Below are positions 48,575 through 58,341 of a stretch of DNA of 64,000 nucleotides, piece after piece. Where the stretch lies: NCBI GenBank assembly GCA_003598025.1, contig QZKH01000002.1, positions 74,133 through 138,132 of the forward strand, written 5' to 3'. A program made the translations under genes and the position numbers. Source of the DNA: Candidatus Omnitrophota bacterium. Lineage in GTDB: Bacteria; Omnitrophota; Gorgyraeia; Gygaellales; Profunditerraquicolaceae. Every line of letters begins with the position of its first letter. Position 1 is the stretch's first letter. The notes under the pieces were generated by a model. It had not been told where the DNA came from and searched no databases. It was given only the letters and a program-made list of their open reading frames with translations.

Positions 48575-49135
48575 ATGAAAGTCAGCAAAAATAAACTCAG
48601 TTACACCCGGTCCGGAAAACCAGTAGTTTTATCCGGCAAGGCTTTGTTTAAAGGTAAGCTATTAAATTTACATAAAGCCAGCGTTAATCTGCCGACAGGA
48701 TATGCGGCCGAGCTTGAGATTATAAAACATCCTGGCGCAGCCCTGGTCGTGCCGGTGTTGCCGGGAAATAAGATTGTAATGCTCAGGCAGTTCAGGCCTG
48801 TAATCGGTAAATATATCTATGAATTACCGGCAGGAACATTAGAGAAAGGCGAGAATCCTTTGTCTTGTGCCAGGCGTGAAATAGAAGAGGAAACCGGATA
48901 TCACGCGGATAAATTCAAACGGCTGGGCACTATATTTCCTGTCCCCGGGTATTCTACAGAAAAGATTGAGATATTTAAAGCAACCGGGCTTAAGAAAAGA
49001 AGATTCTCGCCTGAAAGAGATGAAGTAATCTCTGTTTTTGTGGTTACTAAATTACAGATCAGAGAATTATTAAGGAAAGGCAAACTTGTCGATGCAAAAA
49101 CTATTTGCGCGTTTTGTTTGTGCGGATGGATTTAA
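48575..49135 (+). CDS. NUDIX hydrolase (ADP-ribose pyrophosphatase-like)
   Basis: Nudix box GTLEKGENPLSCARREIEEETGY. Confidence 0.75.
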   Translation: MKVSKNKLSYTRSGKPVVLSGKALFKGKLLNLHKASVNLPTGYAAELEIIKHPGAALVVPVLPGNKIVMLRQFRPVIGKYIYELPAGTLEKGENPLSCARREIEEETGYHADKFKRLGTIFPVPGYSTEKIEIFKATGLKKRRFSPERDEVISVFVVTKLQIRELLRKGKLVDAKTICAFCLCGWI

Positions 49136-49205
49136 GTCCTGCGCTTTTTTATTGCAAAGACAAGCAAACCTGGTATATATTAATTGTAACTAACCGAAGA
49201 AAAGC

Positions 49206-49565
49206 ATGAAAAAAGAGTTGATCGTAGTAGGCGACAGGGTTTTAATATTGCCCGATGATAACCAGGATAAGACCGAGACAGGCTTGTATCTTCCTCAAGG
49301 TGTGAGAGAAAAGGAAAAAGTCCAAAGCGGCATTGTTGTCAAAACCGGTCCCGGATACCCTATGCCTGAACCCGGGGCTGTTGATATTGAGCCCTGGCAA
49401 TCTCCTAAGGTGGATAACAGGTATTTTCCACTACAAGCCAAAGAAGGAGACTACTGTATTTTTTTAAGGAGTGCCGGGATAGAGGTTGAGTATGAAGGCA
49501 AAAAGCATATAATCGTTGCTCACTCGGCAATACTGGTTTTACTTAGAAATAACGAAGTATTATAG
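49206..49565 (+). CDS. GroES/Cpn10-fold small protein with no adjacent groEL
   Basis: 119 aa. LIVVGDRVLILP...GLYLP...GIVVKTG...GD...F pattern follows the Cpn10 beta-barrel. Confidence 0.45.
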   Translation: MKKELIVVGDRVLILPDDNQDKTETGLYLPQGVREKEKVQSGIVVKTGPGYPMPEPGAVDIEPWQSPKVDNRYFPLQAKEGDYCIFLRSAGIEVEYEGKKHIIVAHSAILVLLRNNEVL

Positions 49566-49595
49566 AGATTTTTTATGCGTTTAGAGGAATAAAAA

Positions 49596-50867
49596 ATGGA
49601 TCCAAGATTAATTTCAATAACGGTTTTCATTCTAGCGTATCTATTTTTCGTATTATTACCTAACAAAAGGTCGTTGACTGCGGCTGTAGGGGCTTCTTTG
49701 CTTATTTTAACCGGAGTAATCCCTTTAAATAAGGTAATTACTTCAATAAACTGGAATGTCATGGGTATCTTTGTCGGCATGCTTTTTGTAGCAGACATAT
49801 TCATGAAAAGCAGGGTACCGGCTTTTATCGCAGAGGTTTTTGTGAATAATTCCAAGAACACGGCCTGGGCTATATTGTTTATATGTGCGCTGGCTGGTTT
49901 TATTTCCGCATTCGTAGAGAACGTTGCTACGGTCCTGATAATTGCTCCGATTGCGCTATCTTTAGCGAGAAAATTAAAAATAAGCCCTGTAAACATGATG
50001 ATTGCTATAGCTGTCTCTAGCAACCTGCAGGGCACAGCTACACTTATAGGAGATCCTCCCAGTATGTTGCTGGCCGGTTTTGCGAAGATGAACTTTATGG
50101 ACTTCATAATCTATAAAGGCAAGCCAGGTATATTTTTTGCTGTAGAATTAGGAGGCATACTCTCTTTTATAGTACTGTATATGTTCTTCAGAAAACATAA
50201 GGAGAGAGTGAAGTTAGTTTCTGTAGAAAAAATAAATTCCTGGATCCCTACAATTATGCTGGTAATTTTAATAATGGCTCTTGCAATATCTTCTTTCTGG
50301 GATACCGGGTTTTCTTATCTTGCCGGTATAATCTGTATGATATTCGGCATTCTTTCTCTTATCTGGGATAAGTTTGTTAACAAAGCCGCTCTATTTCAAT
50401 CAATAAAAAGCGTGGATTGGGATACTACAATTTTTTTAATAGGGATTTTTATTATAATCGGCAGCCTTACATTGACCGGCTGGATCGATACCATATCAAC
50501 ATCATTGTCTTCAATAGTAGGGGATAGGCTTTTCTTTGGGTATACCATTATAGTAGTTTTTTCCGTTATAATCTCCGGTTTTGTCGATAATGTTCCTTTT
50601 CTGGCTACAATGCTGCCTGTAGCTATATCTATGTCCAGTAAACTTAACATAGACCCGTCATTATTTCTCTTCGGCCTGCTTATAGGCGCTAGCTTAGGCG
50701 GAAACATTACCCCGATCGGGGCATCCGCTAATATCGTAGCATGCGGGCTTCTTAAGAAGGAAGGTTATAAAGTGACCTTCGGGGATTTCATGAAAATAGG
50801 CCTGCCTTTTACTATAGCTGCGGTTTTCGCCGGGTACCTATTCATCTGGTTTGTTTGGGGGAAGTAA
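49596..50867 (+). CDS. ArsB/NhaD-superfamily (CitMHS-like) permease, paralogous in type to the one at 38326
   Basis: Motifs GDPPSML and GGNITPIGASANIVA. Confidence 0.6.
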   Translation: MDPRLISITVFILAYLFFVLLPNKRSLTAAVGASLLILTGVIPLNKVITSINWNVMGIFVGMLFVADIFMKSRVPAFIAEVFVNNSKNTAWAILFICALAGFISAFVENVATVLIIAPIALSLARKLKISPVNMMIAIAVSSNLQGTATLIGDPPSMLLAGFAKMNFMDFIIYKGKPGIFFAVELGGILSFIVLYMFFRKHKERVKLVSVEKINSWIPTIMLVILIMALAISSFWDTGFSYLAGIICMIFGILSLIWDKFVNKAALFQSIKSVDWDTTIFLIGIFIIIGSLTLTGWIDTISTSLSSIVGDRLFFGYTIIVVFSVIISGFVDNVPFLATMLPVAISMSSKLNIDPSLFLFGLLIGASLGGNITPIGASANIVACGLLKKEGYKVTFGDFMKIGLPFTIAAVFAGYLFIWFVWGK

Positions 50868-50876
50868 AGATTTTTC

Positions 50877-50928
50877 TTGACATAGGGTAGGGGGGTATGG
50901 TATATTTGTACAAGGAAGGAGGTACCCT
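50877..50928 (+). promoter_or_regulatory. promoter (TTGACA, 18 bp, TATATT) containing a CsoR-type GC-rich pseudo-palindrome ATAGGGTAGGGGGGTATGGTAT, with the inverted copy TACCCTAT at the start codon
   Basis: Read directly in the sequence. Confidence 0.55.
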
Positions 50929-51213
50929 ATGAAACAGATCACCACTCATGAAGAACAACTCGCCTTTTTAAGGAAGATCGAAGGCCAGATACGCGGTATA
51001 CAGAAGATGATCCAGGATAAGAGGTACTGCGTAGATATAATCACTCAAATCCATTCTATCATTGGCGCGCTATACAGGGTGGAGGATGAAATATTAAGAA
51101 AACACCTTGATGGCTGCGTTGTCAGCGCTCTTAAAGGCAAATCAGATTCAGACAAACAAAAGAAAATAGAAGAGATCATGTCATTGATAACTAAATTCAG
51201 GCGGAGCCCCTGA
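50929..51213 (+). CDS. csoR: CsoR/RcnR-family (DUF156) metal-sensing repressor
   Basis: W-X-Y-Z fingerprint residues C...H...C (RYCVDIITQIHSIIGAL...LDGCV). 94 aa, all-helical. Confidence 0.75.
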   Translation: MKQITTHEEQLAFLRKIEGQIRGIQKMIQDKRYCVDIITQIHSIIGALYRVEDEILRKHLDGCVVSALKGKSDSDKQKKIEEIMSLITKFRRSP

Positions 51214-51217
51214 TATT

Positions 51218-52477
51218 ATGTTGAAGAAGTTATTGATTATAATATTGCTTAGCATATTTATTCTTAACCATCCGGTTTTTGCACAGGGGATATTGTCCCT
51301 GGGGCCGCTTATCGAAGAAGCAAGGGAGAATAACCCTGGTATTCTGGCTGCCAAAAAGCGCTGGGAGGCTGCTTTGGCCCGGGTGCCTCAGGCAAAGTCT
51401 TTACAGGACCCGACTATTGGTATAGCTTTTGAGAAGATTCCGCGCGGAACGTTGAAGTTGAACAAAGTCATGGCAGATGACAGGATGCTTTCACTGCAGC
51501 AATTCTTCCCTTTTTTCGGTAAATTAACTTTGAAAGGCAAGATTGCCATGGTTGAATCTCAGATGTTTGCTGCCGAATATAAGAATAAGGAATTAGAAAT
51601 CATAAACCTTCTCAAAAATGCATATTACGATCTATTCATGAAGCAAAAAGAAATAGAATTAAGCCGCCAGAGCCTCAGGTTATTGCAAAATATCGCCAAT
51701 GTCGCCGAGGCAGGTTATACGGTTGGAGGCATCCCTCAAGAAGAGGTGTATAAAATAAATTCTGAAATAGCCCGTCTTAGTACCAATATTAAAAATTTAG
51801 ACCAGGAAAAATCTGCCAAACAGACATTAATTAATTCCCTTTTAAATAGAGACCCTGAAATGCCATTAGGAGACCCTGATTTAAAAGAAGATGTCTTATT
51901 TGATAAGGATGTCAGGGCTTTATACCAGGCTACTCTTCTTAACCAGCCAGAGCTGGTTATCTTTTCTTATTCTATAGAGAAAAACAAATATTCTAAATCA
52001 TTAGCCAAAAGAAGTTTTTTCCCTGATTTTATGGCAAGTATTGTCCAGCGGGGGATCACTTCCGGGATGCTCGGGCCGTGGGATTTGATGCTGGCTTTTA
52101 ATGTGCCACTATGGTTTTGGACGAAACAGCGTTATGAGATTAAGGAGGCCATTGCCAATTTAGAAGAGGCAGAAGCCGCATATAAGGCAATGCAGAATAA
52201 GGCATTCAGCGAAGTAAAAGACCTGGCTGCGAAGATAGAGGTCTCCAAGAACAAAATCACATTGAATAAAACAAGCTTGATCCCGATGCTGGAAGCCTCC
52301 ATTGAATCTTCGCTGGCGGCTTTTAATTCAGGCAAAGGTGATTTTATGATGCTTTTGGATAGCCAGAGAATGCTTATTGAAACAAAAATGGACTATTATA
52401 GAGCGCTGGTTGAATATAATATGAATCTAGCGGACTTAGAAAGAACTGTAGGCATTCAGCTACAAGAGGAGAAATAA
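51218..52477 (+). CDS. outer-membrane efflux protein (TolC/CusC/CzcC family)
   Basis: Signal peptide, and two OEP repeats with conserved LS/LL...A motifs. Confidence 0.75.
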   Translation: MLKKLLIIILLSIFILNHPVFAQGILSLGPLIEEARENNPGILAAKKRWEAALARVPQAKSLQDPTIGIAFEKIPRGTLKLNKVMADDRMLSLQQFFPFFGKLTLKGKIAMVESQMFAAEYKNKELEIINLLKNAYYDLFMKQKEIELSRQSLRLLQNIANVAEAGYTVGGIPQEEVYKINSEIARLSTNIKNLDQEKSAKQTLINSLLNRDPEMPLGDPDLKEDVLFDKDVRALYQATLLNQPELVIFSYSIEKNKYSKSLAKRSFFPDFMASIVQRGITSGMLGPWDLMLAFNVPLWFWTKQRYEIKEAIANLEEAEAAYKAMQNKAFSEVKDLAAKIEVSKNKITLNKTSLIPMLEASIESSLAAFNSGKGDFMMLLDSQRMLIETKMDYYRALVEYNMNLADLERTVGIQLQEEK

Positions 52478-52478
52478 A

Positions 52479-53663
52479 ATGAATAGAAAGATGCTAGTTA
52501 TTATTTTATCGTTGATTTTTGTTACTGCATACCAGATAGGTTCCCCGGCTTATTCTTTTGCCCAGCACCAAGGCCATACCGACGGAACTTCTTCTAAAAA
52601 AGGCAAGGGTCAGGAACCAGCGCCTATGAAAATATATCGCTGCCCGATGCATCCTCAAGTTGTATCTGATAAGCCTGGTAAATGCCCTATCTGCGGTATG
52701 GTTTTATCTGAGGTTATTGAAAGCGATACAAAAGCCGTAGAAACATCCGGAGAAGGCCCGGTCATTAAAATAAAGGAAAGCCAGGCTGAGCTTATTGGTG
52801 TTGTGACAGAACCTATTGTATCGGTTGGTTTGATGCGCATGATACCTGCGGTTGCCAAAATCGCTTTTGACCCGGAACTCTATCAGGCCCAGGCAGAATT
52901 TATACAGGCCAATAAGACTAAAGATGCCGTAAGCCTGAGTAGCTCTTCCGAAATCAGAGATAGGCTAGAAGCCCTGGTGCTTGCCGCTACTTCCAAGCTT
53001 AAGCTCATGGGTTTATCAGATTCGCAAATTGAAGAACTAAGAAATGAAGAAGAGCCCGATAGTGTTCTTTTGATGTCAAAAGGCCAGAGCTCTTATACTT
53101 GGGCATACTTGACTATTTATGAGCATGATTTAGGTTCAGTAAAACAAGGGGATCATGTTGTATTGAAAGCAATTGCTTATCCGGCAGAAGAGTTTAATGG
53201 CAAGATAGTCGCAATTGATCCTGTCTTAGATACGAATACGCGAAGCGTTCGTGCCCGTGTGCAGGTGGATAATCCGGAAGCAAAACTGAAACCCAATATG
53301 TATGCCGATGCTTTTATCCATGTTGACTTAGGCCAGAGGCTTGCTGTTCCAAGGGAAGCGGTATTGGATACAGGCGTAAGAAAAATTGTGTATGTTGAAT
53401 TAGGCAAAGGGCAATTCAGGCCTCAAGAGGTACAGACAGAGTCAGAAGCAATTGCATTAATTGACGGTAAAGAACGTAAATTTTATCCGGTGTTGTCCGG
53501 GCTTAATGAGAATGATATTGTGGTGACAACCGGAAATTTCTTGATTGACTCGCAAAGCCAGCTTACCGGAGGAATGTCTGCCTTGTGGGGAGCATCAACA
53601 GAGATAAAGCAGGATCAGGTTGAGGGTGTTGCAGGAGAGGTAAAAACGCAACATCGCCATTGA
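52479..53663 (+). CDS. RND efflux membrane-fusion (periplasmic adaptor) protein, CusB/CzcB-like, with an N-terminal metal-binding CxxC region
   Basis: CPMHPQV...CPICGM, and biotinyl/lipoyl-like plus beta-barrel MFP blocks. Confidence 0.75.
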   Translation: MNRKMLVIILSLIFVTAYQIGSPAYSFAQHQGHTDGTSSKKGKGQEPAPMKIYRCPMHPQVVSDKPGKCPICGMVLSEVIESDTKAVETSGEGPVIKIKESQAELIGVVTEPIVSVGLMRMIPAVAKIAFDPELYQAQAEFIQANKTKDAVSLSSSSEIRDRLEALVLAATSKLKLMGLSDSQIEELRNEEEPDSVLLMSKGQSSYTWAYLTIYEHDLGSVKQGDHVVLKAIAYPAEEFNGKIVAIDPVLDTNTRSVRARVQVDNPEAKLKPNMYADAFIHVDLGQRLAVPREAVLDTGVRKIVYVELGKGQFRPQEVQTESEAIALIDGKERKFYPVLSGLNENDIVVTTGNFLIDSQSQLTGGMSALWGASTEIKQDQVEGVAGEVKTQHRH

Positions 53664-53673
53664 AAGGCAAGAT

Positions 53674-56600
53674 ATGATAAATAAAATAATAAATTATTGT
53701 TTAAAGACCCCGTTTGTGGTTTTTGTTGCCTATTCGGCAGTGTTTTTTTGGGGTTTATGGGCAATTACTAATATACCGGTTGATGCGATACCGGATATCG
53801 GCGAGAAACAGGTAATAATATATACCGAATGGCCCGGCCGTTCTGCAAAAGATGTAGAAGATCAGGTTACGTATCCGCTTTCCGTATCCCTACGCGGTAT
53901 CCCCGGAGTAAAGACCATACGCGCATCAAGCGCTTTTGGCTTTTCTGAAGTATACCTTATTTTTAATGACAATATAGATTACTATTGGGCCCGCTCCCGA
54001 GTTTTAGAGAAATTAAATCTTGCCTCCAGCCGCCTGCCAATGGGCGTTATGCCTGTTTTAGGTCCTGATGCCACAGGTTTGGGGCAGATTTTCTGGTATA
54101 CCGTTGAGGGTAAAGGCTACGGTATTGACCAGTTGAGGAGCATTCAGGATTGGTTTATCCGCTATCAGCTTAATTCAGTTCAGGGTGTATCTGAAGTTGC
54201 TTCTATCGGAGGGTTCGTTAAGCAGTACCAGATCGATATCGACCCTAACAAGATGCTGGCTTACAACATTCATTTAGGCCAGATAATGGAAGCGGTTAAA
54301 AAATCGAATATAGATGTAGGAGCTAAGGTCGTTGAAAATAATGCTATGGAATATATTATCCGCGGTTTAGGGTTTATAAAATCCCTGGAGGACATCGAGA
54401 ACATTGCGGTAGGCGAAATAAATGGCGTGCCTATTTATATCAAGAATATTGCCAATGTTCAGCTTGGGCCTGAATTCCGAAGAGGAGCGCTGGATAAAGA
54501 TGGCCAAGAGGCAGTCGGTGGCGTGGTCATTATGCGTTACGGGGAAAACGCAATGCAGGTTATCCATCGTGTAAAAGAAGCCATAAAGGAACTGCAGAAA
54601 GGTTTACCCGAAGGAGTAAAAATAGTTCCCTTTTACGACCGGACAGACCTGATCCATCGCACTATAGGGACTCTTCGCGAAGCCCTCATCTTGGAAATTA
54701 TTATTACCATGGCAGTAGTCGTGCCGTTCCTGGCTCATATCTGGGCAGGCGTAATCATTAGCATTACTTTGCCGTTCTCGGTTTTGATAGCATTTATTGC
54801 GATGTACTATTTAAAAGTAGATTCTAATATTACATCTTTATCCGGTATTGCGATTGCGATAGGAACACTGGTAGATATGGGTATTGTTATGACCGAAAAT
54901 ATTTACCGGCGTTTAATCGAATATAGCGATGATATTAAGAAAGGGGTAAAGTCCAGGCTGGATGTAGTATTTAAGGCATCTTCAGAGGTAGGTTCTGCGG
55001 TTATCACGGCAATACTTACTACGGTAGTATCATTCCTTGCTGTATTTGCACTCGAAGCCCAGGAAGGAAAACTCTTTAAACCACTTGCATATACTAAGAC
55101 TTTTACCCTTTTGGCCTCTGTTACAGTTGCACTTACCTTGACTCCGGTCCTTTGCATGTATCTTCTAAAAGGAAGATTGCGGGCCCCGGAGGAAAACATA
55201 TTGGTGAAGATACTACAGAGGAACTATGAGAAAGTCTTGCGTTGGTGTTTGAATCACAGGGTTACTTTCTTACTCATACCGGCAGTTTTACTTATAACCA
55301 GCATACCTTTTATATTGCCAAAAGATATTACTTCTTTGGCTGTTTTCCTGCTTATTGTTGTAGCGTTACTGGTATTTATTCTGCCTAAGAAGACAAAATC
55401 AGTAATCGCCTCTGTTTTAGTCGTGGTTATAAGCCTGGGCTGGTTCTGGTTTTCACCTCGCATAGGGCGTGAGTTCATGCCTCCATTTGATGAGGGTTCG
55501 ATCCTGTTCATGCCGGTAATGCATCCTTCAGTATCCTTGACCGAAGCAATCCGCGTAATCCAGATACAGGACAAGATAATAAAATCATTCCCGGAGGTAG
55601 AATTGGTAGTAGGCAAGGTCGGCCGGGCAGAATCTGCGACTGACCCTGCTCCGGTTGAAATGTTTGAGACCATAATTACTCTAAAGCCGAAAAAAGATTG
55701 GCGTAAGGGTATGACAAAGGAAAAACTTATCCGCCAGATGGATGCTGCCTTACAAATCCCCGGGGTATCGAATATCTGGACACAGCCTATTGTTAACCGT
55801 ATTGATATGTTAGCTACGGGTATCAGGACCTCTGTAGGTGTAAAGGTTTTTGGGCCTGACCTCAAAAAAATTGAGGAGATTGCAACAGAGATAGAGAAAG
55901 TCCTCAGGGCTGTACCTGGAGCCGTAGATTTATATTCAGAAAAGATTGTAGGTAAGCCCTATATAGAGTTTAAAATCAAAAGAGAGCAATTAGCCCGTTA
56001 TGGCATATCCATACGCGAAGTTCAGGATGTTATAGAGATGGCCATAGGCGGTGAAAATCTCACTACTACTGTTGAAGGTAGGGAGCGTTACCCTGTTCGC
56101 GTACGCTATGCCAGGGAGCTGAGAGATAATATAGATGCCTTAAGAAGGGTCCTGGTATCAACAAAAGATGGTGCTCAAATCCCGATCAGCCAGCTGGTTG
56201 ATATATATTTTGTTACCGGTCCGGCAATGATTAATTCGGAGAACGGGCTTTTGCGCGCCTATGTCTTGATGAATGTCCGCGGCAAAGATATGGTTACATT
56301 TGTCGAAGATGCGTCTAAAATCGTATCTGAAAAAGTAAAATTGCCTGCAGGGTATTTTATTCAATGGTCAGGCCAATTTGAAAATCAAGTCCGGGCCAAG
56401 AAAAAGATAGCCGTGCTTTTACCGGTCAGCCTGTTAATAAACTTTATGCTGATTTATATGAATTTCCGTTCCATAATAAAGTCGGTATTTATTTTTACGG
56501 CTGTTCCTGTGACATTGGCCGGTGGGATATGGCTTTTGGCATTTTCAGGATTTAATTTTTCAGTTGCTGTATGGGTAGGTTTTATCGCACTATTCGGGAT

Positions 56601-56940
56601 CGCTGTTGACGATGGAGTATTGATTACAACGTATCTTGACGACGTATTTGGAGAGAGGAAAGATAAGATAAAAAACAGGCAGGACGTTGTTGAGGCGACT
56701 GTCCATGCAGGTTTAGGTAGGATCAGGCCGGCGTTTCTCACAACTATGACTACTATTGTTGCGCTTCTACCGATTATGTTCTTAAAAGGAACAGGCGCGG
56801 AAGTTATGCAGCCCATGGCTATACCTTCCATAGGCGGGATGGTTTTTGAGATGGTTACCTGGTTTATAGTTCCGGTTTTATATTCATGGCGCGAAGAAAG
56901 AAAGATAGCGAAAGCAAAACCTTTACTATCTAAACCTTAA
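53674..56940 (+). CDS. heavy-metal efflux RND pump (CusA/CzcA, HME family)
   Basis: 1088 aa with 12 TM and two large periplasmic loops. AcrB/CzcA family conserved TM4 region. Confidence 0.9.
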   Translation: MINKIINYCLKTPFVVFVAYSAVFFWGLWAITNIPVDAIPDIGEKQVIIYTEWPGRSAKDVEDQVTYPLSVSLRGIPGVKTIRASSAFGFSEVYLIFNDNIDYYWARSRVLEKLNLASSRLPMGVMPVLGPDATGLGQIFWYTVEGKGYGIDQLRSIQDWFIRYQLNSVQGVSEVASIGGFVKQYQIDIDPNKMLAYNIHLGQIMEAVKKSNIDVGAKVVENNAMEYIIRGLGFIKSLEDIENIAVGEINGVPIYIKNIANVQLGPEFRRGALDKDGQEAVGGVVIMRYGENAMQVIHRVKEAIKELQKGLPEGVKIVPFYDRTDLIHRTIGTLREALILEIIITMAVVVPFLAHIWAGVIISITLPFSVLIAFIAMYYLKVDSNITSLSGIAIAIGTLVDMGIVMTENIYRRLIEYSDDIKKGVKSRLDVVFKASSEVGSAVITAILTTVVSFLAVFALEAQEGKLFKPLAYTKTFTLLASVTVALTLTPVLCMYLLKGRLRAPEENILVKILQRNYEKVLRWCLNHRVTFLLIPAVLLITSIPFILPKDITSLAVFLLIVVALLVFILPKKTKSVIASVLVVVISLGWFWFSPRIGREFMPPFDEGSILFMPVMHPSVSLTEAIRVIQIQDKIIKSFPEVELVVGKVGRAESATDPAPVEMFETIITLKPKKDWRKGMTKEKLIRQMDAALQIPGVSNIWTQPIVNRIDMLATGIRTSVGVKVFGPDLKKIEEIATEIEKVLRAVPGAVDLYSEKIVGKPYIEFKIKREQLARYGISIREVQDVIEMAIGGENLTTTVEGRERYPVRVRYARELRDNIDALRRVLVSTKDGAQIPISQLVDIYFVTGPAMINSENGLLRAYVLMNVRGKDMVTFVEDASKIVSEKVKLPAGYFIQWSGQFENQVRAKKKIAVLLPVSLLINFMLIYMNFRSIIKSVFIFTAVPVTLAGGIWLLAFSGFNFSVAVWVGFIALFGIAVDDGVLITTYLDDVFGERKDKIKNRQDVVEATVHAGLGRIRPAFLTTMTTIVALLPIMFLKGTGAEVMQPMAIPSIGGMVFEMVTWFIVPVLYSWREERKIAKAKPLLSKP

Positions 56941-56952
56941 AAAGGAGGTAAG

Positions 56953-57324
56953 ATGTATATGGCAAGGATTTATTTTCTAAGTTTAGCTGTAGTTTTTGCA
57001 TCGGTTTCTTTGGTATTTGCACAAATGCACGAGCACGCAGATATGCATAAGAATATGATGGAGCAAGCAGAACAAAGTAAGGCCGAGAATGTGGGAAATA
57101 AGATTTGCCCTGTAAGCGGGGAGAAGATAATTGAAGAATTCAAAGCAACATATGAATACAAGGGTAAGATTTACAATTTTTGTTGCGCTTCTTGCGTTGA
57201 AGAATTCAAAAAAGACCCGGAAAAATATATTAAAAAGATAGAGGAAGAGGAAAAAGCAGCTCTCAAAGAAGAGAACAAAGTTACAAAGCCGGATTCAGAC
57301 ACCCATAAGGGACACCAACACTAA
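56953..57324 (+). CDS. YHS/TRASH-domain copper-binding protein with signal peptide
   Basis: CPVSGEKI...KGKIYNFCCASC, a YHS-like motif, plus His/Met-rich termini. Confidence 0.65.
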   Translation: MYMARIYFLSLAVVFASVSLVFAQMHEHADMHKNMMEQAEQSKAENVGNKICPVSGEKIIEEFKATYEYKGKIYNFCCASCVEEFKKDPEKYIKKIEEEEKAALKEENKVTKPDSDTHKGHQH

Positions 57325-57336
57325 AAACACAGTTAT

Positions 57337-58056
57337 ATGGCTAAGAGAATCAGTTTGTTAAATAAATCCATACTTCTAAGCATTATTATGCTATTAGTTG
57401 TTACTGTCATTTCTTTTGCTAAAGATCAGTCTGGGCTTAAAAAGGAGATCTATTCAAAATTAAAGTGTTGTAATTGCGCTGTATCTTTTGAAAAGTGCAC
57501 TTGCGCTGAGGCTAATGAAATAAAACCATATGCAGACAAGCTTATTGCGGATGGATTTAGGCCAGAAGAGATTTTTTATAGGTTAGCTAAACGTTTCTCG
57601 TTGAAGATAATTACTGACCCTCAAATAAAACAACAGGTTGAAAAAAGGCTGATTAAAGAAATGAAAGGTATGTCCCCCAAGATAGCTGTCGAAAATGGGA
57701 CAGTTAATTTAGGGGCTATCAGTAAAAAGAAAAATAAACTTTATAAAAGCAGCTACAAGCTGGTCAATGAAGGCAATGCTGCTTTAAGAATCTCAAACAT
57801 AAAGACATCATGTCCTTGCGTAAGTGTTGCGCTTAAATCAAGAGATTCAGTCACTCCCTATTTTGGAGTGGGGGGTTCAGCAGTAGACTTAGGTGTAACC
57901 ATTGAGCCGGGAAGCTCTGCAGATTTGATGATAATATTTGATTTGACACATCCGAGCGTAAGCAGGGGCAAGCTCATAAGATATATTTTTATAAACAGTA
58001 ACGACCCTTTAACTCCTCAGTTTGAATTGGAATTAACCGCAGATATAATCAAATAG
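57337..58056 (+). CDS. DUF1573-domain protein with an N-terminal Cys-rich segment
   Basis: C-terminal SCPCVS motif in an Ig-like fold typical of DUF1573. N-terminal KCCNCAVSFEKCTCAEA. Confidence 0.45.
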   Translation: MAKRISLLNKSILLSIIMLLVVTVISFAKDQSGLKKEIYSKLKCCNCAVSFEKCTCAEANEIKPYADKLIADGFRPEEIFYRLAKRFSLKIITDPQIKQQVEKRLIKEMKGMSPKIAVENGTVNLGAISKKKNKLYKSSYKLVNEGNAALRISNIKTSCPCVSVALKSRDSVTPYFGVGGSAVDLGVTIEPGSSADLMIIFDLTHPSVSRGKLIRYIFINSNDPLTPQFELELTADIIK

Positions 58057-58122
58057 TATATTTGTTAAAGCATAGCCTATTTAAAAACAAAATAGGACCG
58101 TAAAAAAGATAAATTTTTTTCT

Positions 58123-58148
58123 TGACAAATGATACCATTATGGTATCA
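58123..58148 (+). promoter_or_regulatory. -35 TTGACA followed by a perfect 9-1-9 palindrome TGATACCATTATGGTATCA, a candidate Rrf2/NsrR operator
   Basis: Read directly in the sequence. Confidence 0.55.
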
Positions 58149-58169
58149 TTTAACGAGAAAGGAGGTAAT

Positions 58170-58247
58170 ATGGATATAACTATCAGGTATATGCTTCGGC
58201 CGGTAGCTCACTGCAAAGAAGGTTGTAGTATTTTGTCCTGGGTATGA
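58170..58247 (+). CDS. candidate 25-aa leader/upstream ORF (MDITIRYMLRPVAHCKEGCSILSWV)
   Basis: GGAGGT lies 4 nt upstream of the ATG, immediately after the palindrome and 95 bp before the Rrf2 gene. Confidence 0.2.
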   Translation: MDITIRYMLRPVAHCKEGCSILSWV

Positions 58248-58341
58248 CGTTAAATCGCCCGGCTCGCATTTGCCTGCCGGATGACACTCGGGATCAATCT
58301 GAGTGCTGCCCATTTAACCCCTGATAAATAAAAAGGAAAAT

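Noticed and set aside
58170-58247. Treating the 25-codon uORF as a confident gene
   Set aside because: It is kept only as a low-confidence feature. A short ORF with a good RBS can arise by chance in AT-rich leaders.
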